Shown: positions 29,083 through 36,423 of the stretch, in pieces
Position numbering within the stretch: position 1 is the first letter of the stretch
Layout: each line of letters opens with the position of its first letter
Assembly (NCBI GenBank): GCA_013815775.1
Contig: JACDFN010000001.1
Span: 241,858-305,857 of the forward strand
Length of the DNA stretch: 64,000 bases
Origin: Candidatus Saccharimonadota bacterium
GTDB lineage: Bacteria; Patescibacteriota; Saccharimonadia; Saccharimonadales; UBA10212
Direction: 5' to 3'
The notes under the pieces: generated by a model
What the model was told of the DNA's origin: nothing
What the model saw: the letters and a program-made list of their open reading frames with translations, nothing else
Database searches by the model: none
Program-made: the position numbers and the translations under genes

Positions 29083-30419
29083 AGCATATACCTCGCATCG
29101 TCACTAGGCGAAGGAAAGGCGTAAATTGGGGTTTGGAACTGTTCGGCTGTCAGTCCGGCTTCAATAGCCAGGGCAAACATATTTATCAGGTCTTCGGCAT
29201 GATTGCCGATTATATGAGCACCCATAATTTTGTTGGTTTGCTTGTCGACTAACGTTTTAGCCATCGTGTGCTTAAGGTTTGTCCGTTTTGCATCAAACCA
29301 GCCAGACATATCTTTCGTGTGCACTCGGACATCAATACCTTTATCTTTAGCTTCCTGTTCAGTCAAACCTACCTTTGCAAGAGGCGGCTCTGTAAATACA
29401 ACACTAGGAGTTGAGCGATAGTCGGGCTGCCTTGTCTTCTTGCCAAGTAAGTTATCGGCCACAATTGTGCCGTGCAGCCGTGCTACAGGCGAAAGCGGCG
29501 GTCCAGCGGCTACTGCATCACCGCCTGCATAGACACGAGAATTAGATACACTTTGCAAATACTCATTCACCACTACGCCACGCTGTTCATATTCAATGTT
29601 GGCTGCTTCTAGGTTGAGGGTATCAATGGCAGGTGGGCGGCCAGCTCCGTGTACCGCTAAGTCGGCATTGTATTGTTGGCCGTCAGCAGCGTGAATAACT
29701 AAAGCTCCTCCGATTTTTTCTATCTTGGTAGCAGAGGCATCCAGTATTACATCAACACCAGCTTCCTGCGACGCCGCTACCAAAGTCTTAACTGTATCGG
29801 GGTCAAATATCGGCAGCGGTTTGTTGTCATTGTGCAAAATCATTACTTTTGCCCCGAAGCGAGCTGCAACATGTGCTAACTCAAAAGAAACATAACCACC
29901 GCCCACAAAGACAATACGTTTTGGCAGCTGTGTTAAATTCAAAAAACCATCGCTGGTTATAAGGTGTTCAGCTCCTTCTATGTTCAGTTTGGCTGGTTTC
30001 GCTCCCGTTGCAATGTGAAAGTGCTCGGCAGTTAGCTGCTCGCCGTTAATTTCAAGCGTATTTTCGTTAATAAACTTTGGCGAGCCTTCATATAATTCAA
30101 CACCAGCTTTTTGAAGTGGCTCCTTTGTTTCAGCCGATACATGGTTAGTAAAGGTTGCCTTGAACTTGATTAAAGCTGCCCAGTCTAGCTCAGCAGGCTT
30201 GGTTACTATTCCTAAGTCTTGTAATCGTCTGTTCAAGTCAGACATTTCGGCGGCACCAACCAGAACCTTCTTTGGTATACAGCCACGATTATCACAAGTG
30301 CCGCCCCAGATTTTATTTTCCTCAACAACCGCTACTTTCCAGCCAGCTTCAGCACAACGTGTAGCCACATGGTAACCAGCACCACCACTACCTAAAACTA
30401 CAAGGTCATATTTATGCAT
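29079..30419 (-). CDS. class-I pyridine nucleotide-disulfide oxidoreductase (glutathione reductase / dihydrolipoamide dehydrogenase family flavoprotein)
   Basis: FAD-binding GSGGAG, redox-active disulfide GGTCDNRGCIPKK, NAD(P) site GGGYVSFE. C-terminus reads YAFPSPSDD where the family usually has HPT.SE. Confidence 0.85.
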   Translation of the reverse strand: MHKYDLVVLGSGGAGYHVATRCAEAGWKVAVVEENKIWGGTCDNRGCIPKKVLVGAAEMSDLNRRLQDLGIVTKPAELDWAALIKFKATFTNHVSAETKEPLQKAGVELYEGSPKFINENTLEINGEQLTAEHFHIATGAKPAKLNIEGAEHLITSDGFLNLTQLPKRIVFVGGGYVSFELAHVAARFGAKVMILHNDNKPLPIFDPDTVKTLVAASQEAGVDVILDASATKIEKIGGALVIHAADGQQYNADLAVHGAGRPPAIDTLNLEAANIEYEQRGVVVNEYLQSVSNSRVYAGGDAVAAGPPLSPVARLHGTIVADNLLGKKTRQPDYRSTPSVVFTEPPLAKVGLTEQEAKDKGIDVRVHTKDMSGWFDAKRTNLKHTMAKTLVDKQTNKIMGAHIIGNHAEDLINMFALAIEAGLTAEQFQTPIYAFPSPSDDARYML

Positions 30420-30420
30420 A

Positions 30421-30621
30421 CTAATTCTCCTTTTCGTTTATACTTTGCCGTGCTAATTCATACTCGATACGCTTACCAAAGCCTTTGGCCGAATATAGCA
30501 TCAGCCCAATGCCGATGACATTACTCCATGAAACATTATCATTTCTACTTGCCCAGATTAAATAAATTGCGATAGCGAGCGTTACTTTCGAGTTGCTCAT
30601 GATGGTGCTTAATTTACTCAT
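30421..30621 (-). CDS. small hypothetical membrane protein (66 aa from MSKLST...)
   Basis: The track ORF is trimmed to the first ATG after the upstream ORF stop. It is hydrophobic. Confidence 0.3.
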   Translation of the reverse strand: MSKLSTIMSNSKVTLAIAIYLIWASRNDNVSWSNVIGIGLMLYSAKGFGKRIEYELARQSINEKEN

Positions 30622-30644
30622 TTGAAATAATTTTAATATGAATA

Positions 30645-31022
30645 CTAGTGTGTTTTTAGCCTCAGTAAGTGGTAACCAAAGCCACTGACAAGTACGAGGT
30701 GTAGGGCAACAATCAGTAAGCCCCGCACATTCAGTACGCCACCTATAACTCCAAAGATACTTACCAGTAAAGCAATACACAGGGTTGAGAAGTTGCCGAT
30801 GATAGTTGCCCGCATAACCATGAAGTGGTCATAGTGGGCTGTGTACCAGTTTAAGTAAGAATAACCCACTAAAGACGACCCTAGAAAACGAACAAAAATC
30901 GCTCCTTCGTGCATAGAATGAGTTAAAAATATATTTGCTACTGTAAGGGGCAAGAACAATAGCGCAGCCCCAATAAGTGCGGTGGCTATAGTTGTCATAC
31001 GTAGGAATAATTTTACTGACAT
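30645..31022 (-). CDS. hypothetical 4-TM membrane protein
   Basis: 125 aa, four hydrophobic helices. Preceded by leader-element copy B. Confidence 0.55.
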   Translation of the reverse strand: MSVKLFLRMTTIATALIGAALLFLPLTVANIFLTHSMHEGAIFVRFLGSSLVGYSYLNWYTAHYDHFMVMRATIIGNFSTLCIALLVSIFGVIGGVLNVRGLLIVALHLVLVSGFGYHLLRLKTH

Positions 31023-31045
31023 TATTTTGAGCTTACGTTAAGAAA

Positions 31046-31146
31046 CTGATGGTGCAGGATAGTTGACGTATTTCAAACATCTGCAACAGCTGCTACAAAT
31101 GATTATAAACTAAAACACTTGGCTGAGGTATTCAATTTGTCAGCTA
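31046..31146 (-). repeat. conserved ~100-nt leader element, copy B
   Basis: See copy A. Confidence 0.55.
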
Positions 31147-31227
31147 GTTTCATAACAGAGTAGCTTATTTTTTAACTTGGCAAGGTCATAGCTTAACACT
31201 TTTGGATGTATGGAGTTTTGTATGTAG

Positions 31228-31650
31228 TCATGTTGTTTCTTCTTTTGGGGTATTATGAAAAGCCTTGTTAGTCAACGATAAGTAAACTGTTCCTAGGAAA
31301 ACTGCAAGACCACTCAAAATCCACTCATGATACGATAGGTTGTCTAGAAACACATGCCCTAGAAATACATTCATCCAAGGCTGGTGTGGAGAACCTGCTT
31401 GGTAAAGATAGTCTGGTAGCATTGCGTATTGGTGCAAAGTAAATGCCCAGAAAATAAAGTTACGTGACGGCCGTTTTTGAAGACTCAGGGTTATAAAAAT
31501 TAATAATGCAGCGTTTACTCCGGCCAAACTGTGCAAGAAAAAATGGATGACGGCATCATGAGCTTTGTACTGAGAGAACAAGAATAACTCCACAAAAGCA
31601 ACTCCAATGATTAGGATGTGTTTTAGCTTAGTGTGACTTCTCATTTTCAT
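31228..31650 (-). CDS. hypothetical membrane protein
   Basis: 140 aa with several TM helices. Confidence 0.55.
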   Translation of the reverse strand: MKMRSHTKLKHILIIGVAFVELFLFSQYKAHDAVIHFFLHSLAGVNAALLIFITLSLQKRPSRNFIFWAFTLHQYAMLPDYLYQAGSPHQPWMNVFLGHVFLDNLSYHEWILSGLAVFLGTVYLSLTNKAFHNTPKEETT

Positions 31651-31762
31651 AAGAGCCTTTATCTTTCCCCGAGTGTCCTTTCATCATCACAAACATCATG
31701 ATGCCCATTGCTATAGGGCAGGCTAAAGCTAGTATTAGTAAAATCAGCGAACTTTTTTCCAC
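31628..31762 (-). CDS. possible 44-aa Met/His-rich single-TM peptide (GTG start)
   Basis: GGAGG SD 6 nt before GTG; VEKSSLILLILALACPIAMGIMMFVMMKGHSGKDKGSYENEKSH. Overlaps the start of the downstream membrane-protein ORF in another frame. Confidence 0.25.
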   Translation of the reverse strand: MEKSSLILLILALACPIAMGIMMFVMMKGHSGKDKGSYENEKSH

Positions 31763-32619
31763 GTCCCACCTCCATCGGTAGTTTTGTGTACCACTAAGCT
31801 ACGGTTTATCAGATAGATAGTAGACGGATTTTGAGGGTCGTAGGCAACCTGCATAACCATACTGTCTTCGTAACTAAGTTTATTCCAAGTAATACTTCCA
31901 TCCTTACTCACCACTAAGCCTTGCCCGTCGGTGTAAGCGATTATCTCTTTATCGCTTTTGGGATTCACAGCCAGTGCCATTACTGCGCCTTTCAGATTCA
32001 AGGCTGACCATGTACTGCCTTGATTACTGCTGACAAATAAACCATTAGTCGTTCCAGCGTACACAGTGTCCTGATTAGAAGGACTAGTGGCAAGTATAAT
32101 CACATTACTTATCGTGTTGGGTAGCAGTTTCCAGTTTTTACCTTCATCATCACTTTTTTGTAGCTGTCCTCGGTATGAGCCATAAATAATGCTTGGATTA
32201 GCCTGACTTACTGTCATTGTATGAAAGTCCACTGGGCCATTGACGCCGTCTGATACTTTTTGCCAAGACTTTCCGCCGTCGGTAGATTTTTGAAAACCGA
32301 TGTTACCGCCAGTACTAGGGTGTCCACTACTGTAGAAAGTATTAGGGTCACTAGTGTGAGCCGAAAAGCCCATGTAATCGTCTCTTGCCGTGCCGACATT
32401 TAGCAGTTCGCTGTCATTGCTCATAACCAATAAGCCCTTATGAGTGGCAATGTACACTTTTGTGGGATCTTTGCGGTCAACTGAAAGGCCGTGAGCGTCT
32501 TGAAGACTGCTAACCGTGCCGGACTCATTCATGCTACTTTCTTCTGATGTTTTAGAGAGTAGCAAGAATGCAGAAAGCAAGACGACTCCTATACCAAGCA
32601 CTGTGACAAATCTCTTCAT
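31744..32619 (-). CDS. secreted BNR/Asp-box repeat beta-propeller protein (Ycf48/sialidase-like fold)
   Basis: Signal peptide and repeated S-x-D-x-G-x-T/S-W motifs (STDGGKSW, SNQGSTW, SKDGSITW, TTDGGGTW). Confidence 0.7.
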   Translation of the reverse strand: MKRFVTVLGIGVVLLSAFLLLSKTSEESSMNESGTVSSLQDAHGLSVDRKDPTKVYIATHKGLLVMSNDSELLNVGTARDDYMGFSAHTSDPNTFYSSGHPSTGGNIGFQKSTDGGKSWQKVSDGVNGPVDFHTMTVSQANPSIIYGSYRGQLQKSDDEGKNWKLLPNTISNVIILATSPSNQDTVYAGTTNGLFVSSNQGSTWSALNLKGAVMALAVNPKSDKEIIAYTDGQGLVVSKDGSITWNKLSYEDSMVMQVAYDPQNPSTIYLINRSLVVHKTTDGGGTWKKVR

Positions 32620-32669
32620 CTGTTGAAAATGTTAGAAGGCATACTGTTTGAAAAACGTTTGGGTTGAAA

Positions 32670-32746
32670 TGGTGCGGGTGAGGGGACTCTAACCCCTGGC
32701 CTCTTCCTTGGCAAGGAAGCGCTCTAAACAACTGAGCTACACCCGC
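32670..32746 (-). tRNA. tRNA-Gly(GCC) with an unusual D-loop lacking GG and a T-loop TTAGAGT (possible U19:A56 instead of G19:C56)
   Basis: Manual fold: acceptor GCGGGTG/CACCCGC, anticodon stem CTTCC/GGAAG with loop UUGCCAA, T-stem AGGGG/CCCCT, ACCA end. Confidence 0.75.
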
Positions 32747-32886
32747 GCGGGTGATGAGACAAACCTACGGTTTTTCTCATCGCTCGTCGGCAAAGCCGAG
32801 CCTAAAGGCCAAGCTCGCTGCTCTTTTCCCTCAGCGATAGCCGACTGAACACCGTAAATTGTAGCAAATACCCCTGTTAAAAGCAA

Positions 32887-32912
32887 AGCGCGCGACGGTC
32901 GCGTCGCGCGCT
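32887..32912 (-). terminator. GC-rich hairpin terminator after the 32935..33330 gene
   Basis: agcgcgcgac-ggtcgc-gtcgcgcgct, followed on the minus strand by UUGCUUUU. Confidence 0.5.
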
Positions 32913-32934
32913 TGTTGCTTGTTACAGCCTATAC

Positions 32935-33330
32935 TTAGTTAGCAGGACTAAATGCTGCCGTGCAGAGTTCAGGAATATTAATTCCATCTTGCTGGAATTG
33001 TCCGACTGAACGACCCCTGGTGGGATTGTCTGGATCAGTAGGGTTATTGACGAATGGTCCAGGCGATTGAGTCGGTACCACATTTCCACCTTTAGTACCG
33101 GGCACCTGCTCAGCGGGGCCGCCGGGCGCTCCGTTAGCCATGTTAGGCTCATTGCCGTAGACGATATCGGATATACAATTGCCAACGGTTGGACCACTCT
33201 GCGCATTGCCCGAGGCTAGAACTGGCATTGCTACTCCTGCTAGAAGCACCACGCTGGCTAGACCGGTTGTGATAAATCGCTTAACTTTAGATTTTTCAAG
33301 TTCAATACCATTGTTTAGTTGATATTTCAT
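32935..33330 (-). CDS. small secreted Pro/Gly-rich protein
   Basis: Signal peptide (GLASVVLLAGVAMPVLASG), two Cys, low-complexity P/G/N-rich body. Confidence 0.55.
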   Translation of the reverse strand: MKYQLNNGIELEKSKVKRFITTGLASVVLLAGVAMPVLASGNAQSGPTVGNCISDIVYGNEPNMANGAPGGPAEQVPGTKGGNVVPTQSPGPFVNNPTDPDNPTRGRSVGQFQQDGINIPELCTAAFSPAN

Positions 33331-33513
33331 AGACCCTCCTTTAGTTACAAAGCTTGAGTTTACATATCGTTAAGACGTATTCATGTAAAAATTCTTACTG
33401 CAGTATCGACATAGGCTTTTAAAGCAAAGTGGCGCAGGCTTTATGCCTACGCCTCTTCACTTTTTGTTTGCTTTTATTGTAACGTACTTTAACCGTTAGC
33501 TTTATTTTTAATG

Positions 33514-34746
33514 TTAATTACTTTGATGACCATGGTCGTGGCCAGGGTGGCCGTGCAATTGATGGTTGAAGTAGCTAACGCACTGACCTTGGTTTTTGAA
33601 TGGATTACCCTCGTTGTCTGTTAGGTTCATCCACCCATGTTTTTTACAATCATCCTTAGATGAAGGTTCATTCGTCAGCTCAAAGTCGTATGTAGTTGCA
33701 ACGTCGGCCGCATTTATGACTACATTATCAAAGTAGCCAGCTAAGCCCGTGTCGCTAGCGGAAGTATCTCCAACGTTTAGAGCGATAAAGTCTACAGTGC
33801 TGCCTGCAGGCATCCCGCTAAGTGTAGCTGGGCAAGAGAATGTATCTGGGCGGTCAGCAATCGCGCTCGGTGCATCGGTTGAATTAAATGTAGCTGTTGT
33901 GAAATTTGTTGCAGATCCTGTTGCTGGGACATAGTCGTATCTACAGTCATAGTAATTTGTTGAGCCTGCAAGTTTTGTGTAGACGTTTAAGTAAAATTGA
34001 TCTGCGTCAGCAACAGTACCATTGCCCGCAATCAGGAAATCGTAAGCTACTGATTCAAACGTAGACACAGGTGTTCCGAGAGTTTTAGCGGCTATGAATT
34101 TGTGTGCCGCTGTTGATCCAATCGGCTGTACGTATAGGCTACCGTCTCCAATACTGTATTGATTTTCCGTAAAATTGTACGGCGTAGCATTTGTGGGATC
34201 AGGATTAAATACCCAGCCTTGTGTGTTTGCCGCAGTCACCACTTTAGTATTGGTAGTAGAAGCCGTGCCTGATGTAGTTGCCCATGTGCCGCCTCTACTG
34301 CCTATGCCATCAGGATAATTGTCAGTCCATGTGCCGCTCATGGTTCCACTAGGTGCTACATTTCCCGCCATATTCATATGAGTACTGTCTGCACCTAATG
34401 AATAGTTAACGCTCGTAGTGACCGCATTGCCGCTAACATTGCCCGTGCCGCTCCATTCAAAAGTATGAGAGCCGCCAGCCGGGTAGCCGCCGGCTATATT
34501 GAAGCTACCTGCGCTGTCTTGGCTGGAGATTGTAGCATCATGAGTATATGTACCGCTACAGCCGCTTGTACAGGTAAAAGCTATTTCATATGAGCCGTTT
34601 AAATTCCAGGGAGTTGCAGCTGACGCTCCACCCGCAGTAACAAACATGACTGCCGGTAATGCGAGAGCTACCAGCGCCATTAAAGTTTTTGATAAGTCTA
34701 GTTTTGATCTAATTTTCCTCACACCCTTATAAATTTCATATTGCAC
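33514..34746 (-). CDS. secreted hypothetical protein, Ser/Thr/Gly-rich with a His-rich C-terminus (HGHPGHDHGH)
   Basis: Long n-region signal peptide. Start reassigned to the GTG that has GGAGG 5 nt upstream. Confidence 0.6.
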   Translation of the reverse strand: MQYEIYKGVRKIRSKLDLSKTLMALVALALPAVMFVTAGGASAATPWNLNGSYEIAFTCTSGCSGTYTHDATISSQDSAGSFNIAGGYPAGGSHTFEWSGTGNVSGNAVTTSVNYSLGADSTHMNMAGNVAPSGTMSGTWTDNYPDGIGSRGGTWATTSGTASTTNTKVVTAANTQGWVFNPDPTNATPYNFTENQYSIGDGSLYVQPIGSTAAHKFIAAKTLGTPVSTFESVAYDFLIAGNGTVADADQFYLNVYTKLAGSTNYYDCRYDYVPATGSATNFTTATFNSTDAPSAIADRPDTFSCPATLSGMPAGSTVDFIALNVGDTSASDTGLAGYFDNVVINAADVATTYDFELTNEPSSKDDCKKHGWMNLTDNEGNPFKNQGQCVSYFNHQLHGHPGHDHGHQSN

Positions 34747-34894
34747 AAGCACCTCCTTATTTAACTTAAACAGTATAGTATCATAAATTTGACAATAAAA
34801 ACAGCAATGGCTTGCTGTGGATAACTCGGTACTTAATATTAAATTCGTTACAACACTGAAGTGGCCTAAAAACCAAAGTCATAATAAGGAAGAT

Positions 34895-34924
34895 GGCCCA
34901 AGAACGCTGGTGCGTTCTTGGGCC
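34895..34924 (-). terminator. GC-rich perfect hairpin (13-bp stem, 4-nt loop) plus U-tract terminating the high-GC gene
   Basis: ggcccaagaacgc-tggt-gcgttcttgggcc, followed on the minus strand by a U-rich tract (UUCCUUAUUAUGACUUUGGUUUUU). Confidence 0.55.
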
Positions 34925-35001
34925 GAAGCCCGGGCAAGGCTGTTGGGCTCCTTGTTTAGCGCATACAAAACCTTGCCCGGACTATCAGCCATCGTTCGGT
35001 G

Positions 35002-35394
35002 CTACGCGAGGACCAGCTCGCGCTGCTTGGTGGTCCCGAACTGGACCGGCTGGAGATTCTCGCCGAAGACCTCCTTCAGCGACGGCAGCACGATGTCCTC
35101 CTCGACCGTCGTCCAGTCGGCAGTCGGGGCCTTGTAGACCTTGACCGACTCGGGCCGGAAAGTGATCCGCGAGATCGACTTCTCGAAGCCCTTACCCATG
35201 ATCCGGTCGGCGATCTGCTTGCCGATTGGGCTGAGGCCCTCGAACTGAGCCCCCGAGTCGTACATGGGATGCCAGAACGGCTGGTACGGCTGTCCCGATG
35301 CGGTGAGCTTGATCCCATCACCTTCGAGGTGGTACTCCCGAGCGCTCTCGGTGGACGTCGGGCGAACGATGACCTGCTTGGCTTGCGGGTTCAT
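35002..35394 (-). CDS. hypothetical 130-aa protein encoded in a ~62% GC island with very high GC3, actinobacterial-like codon usage (putative horizontally acquired gene)
   Basis: AAGGAGAAGC-ATG RBS and a non-repetitive protein sequence (MNPQAKQVIVRPTSTESAREYHLEGDGIKL...). Overlapping plus-strand ORFs are R/L/D-rich antisense shadows. Confidence 0.6.
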   Translation of the reverse strand: MNPQAKQVIVRPTSTESAREYHLEGDGIKLTASGQPYQPFWHPMYDSGAQFEGLSPIGKQIADRIMGKGFEKSISRITFRPESVKVYKAPTADWTTVEEDIVLPSLKEVFGENLQPVQFGTTKQRELVLA

Positions 35395-35695
35395 GCTTCT
35401 CCTTTTAAGTCTTTGAATGAACGATGACTTGCGTGTAGTAGCAGCAACTTTAAGCTGCTTAGCTCTTAAACCTCCTTTTTGGTAGGGAACTAGCTACTAC
35501 AACCCCCACCCTTAGTGAGAGTCATTCTTCATTTTGGATATGTTTAATAAAATTTGCAGTAAAAATTCACTCTGGAAGTATATTGATTGTGTGTTCGGGT
35601 AAGTCTTGTTTCTACAAAAACACCCTAAGTTTTAGCATACTGTGAGAATTGTTGCTAAGTAACACCTTATATAATAAAATTATCATGCTAAGCTT

Positions 35696-35771
35696 GGCTC
35701 TTTAGCTCAGTTGGTAGAGCAGAGGCTTGAAGAGCCTTGTGTCCCCAGTTCGAGTCTGGGAGGAGCCACCA
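35696..35771 (+). tRNA. tRNA-Phe(GAA)
   Basis: Manual fold: canonical D-arm GCTCAGTTGGTAGAGC, anticodon loop UUGAAGA, T-arm CCCAG-TTCGAGT-CTGGG, CCA encoded. Confidence 0.85.
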
Positions 35772-35916
35772 GTTTAAGTCGTGACTTCGGCTTTCGTACT
35801 TTACTATAAAGTAAAGTAGTTTCAGCCTTCGCACGCCTTTACGCTTAACAATTTTACAAAAACCTGCACTGCGTGATTTTGCAAAATTGAAAAAGATTAA
35901 GTATCAGCATAAAATC

Positions 35917-36001
35917 GGGTGAGTGGTGAAATTGGTATACACGCAGCCTTGAGGTGGCTGTGCCGCAAGGCGTGGAGGTTCAAGTCCTCTCTCACCCACC
36001 A
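35917..36001 (+). tRNA. tRNA-Leu(GAG), type II
   Basis: Acceptor GGGTGAG/CTCACCC, anticodon loop UUGAGGU, long variable arm, T-loop TTCAAGT, CCA. Confidence 0.85.
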
Positions 36002-36006
36002 GGAAA

Positions 36007-36083
36007 GGGCGCTTAGCTCAGTTGGCTAGAGCATCTCGTTTACACCGAGAGGGTCGGGGGTTCGAGTCCCTCAGCGCCCACCA
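36007..36083 (+). tRNA. tRNA-Val(UAC)
   Basis: Acceptor GGGCGCT/AGCGCCC, anticodon loop UUUACAC, T-loop TTCGAGT, CCA. Only 5 nt after tRNA-Leu. Confidence 0.85.
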
Positions 36084-36100
36084 CATATCGACAAACTAAA

Positions 36101-36140
36101 GAGTCCTGGCGAGAATATAACTAGCCAGGGCTTTTTTATT
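36101..36140 (+). terminator. intrinsic terminator of the Phe-Leu-Val tRNA cluster
   Basis: gagtcctggc-...-gccagggc stem followed by TTTTTTATTT. Confidence 0.55.
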
Positions 36141-36160
36141 TCGCAACGAATTAACCTTAA

Positions 36161-36421
36161 CTAGTTACTCGAGTTTTTCTGGGCGTTTCTTCGACGTTCT
36201 GCGTATGAGCTTAGCCCTCTTAGGGCTACAACCGCCCAGATGATGTTGACCACCATGGTTACGTAAGCCTTGTAGTGAAACTGATAAACCATGACAAGCA
36301 GTGCCCCAACAAAATTATCCAGCTCGTACCAAAAAGACTTTCCGGTCCACTTGCCAACGCTGGTTCTATAAAAACCAAGCAGTATTAGTAATGAGCCGGC
36401 TATTCCTATTGCTGTATACAT
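36161..36421 (-). CDS. small hypothetical membrane protein
   Basis: 86 aa, two or three hydrophobic helices. Confidence 0.5.
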   Translation of the reverse strand: MYTAIGIAGSLLILLGFYRTSVGKWTGKSFWYELDNFVGALLVMVYQFHYKAYVTMVVNIIWAVVALRGLSSYAERRRNAQKNSSN

Positions 36422-36423
36422 AA

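Noticed and set aside
34817-35427. Plus-strand ORFs 34817..35137, 34893..35144 and 34999..35427, and minus-strand 35076..35321, inside the GC-rich island
   Set aside because: R/L/D/P-rich antisense or out-of-frame shadows, as expected in high-GC DNA. Only the minus-strand 35002..35394 frame has an RBS, sensible composition and its own terminator.
35888-35915. TTGAAA-17-TAAAAT as the promoter of tRNA-Leu(GAG)
   Set aside because: The -10 box ends 1 nt before the mature tRNA 5' end, so transcription would start inside the tRNA. The cluster is more likely driven from further upstream or co-transcribed with tRNA-Phe.
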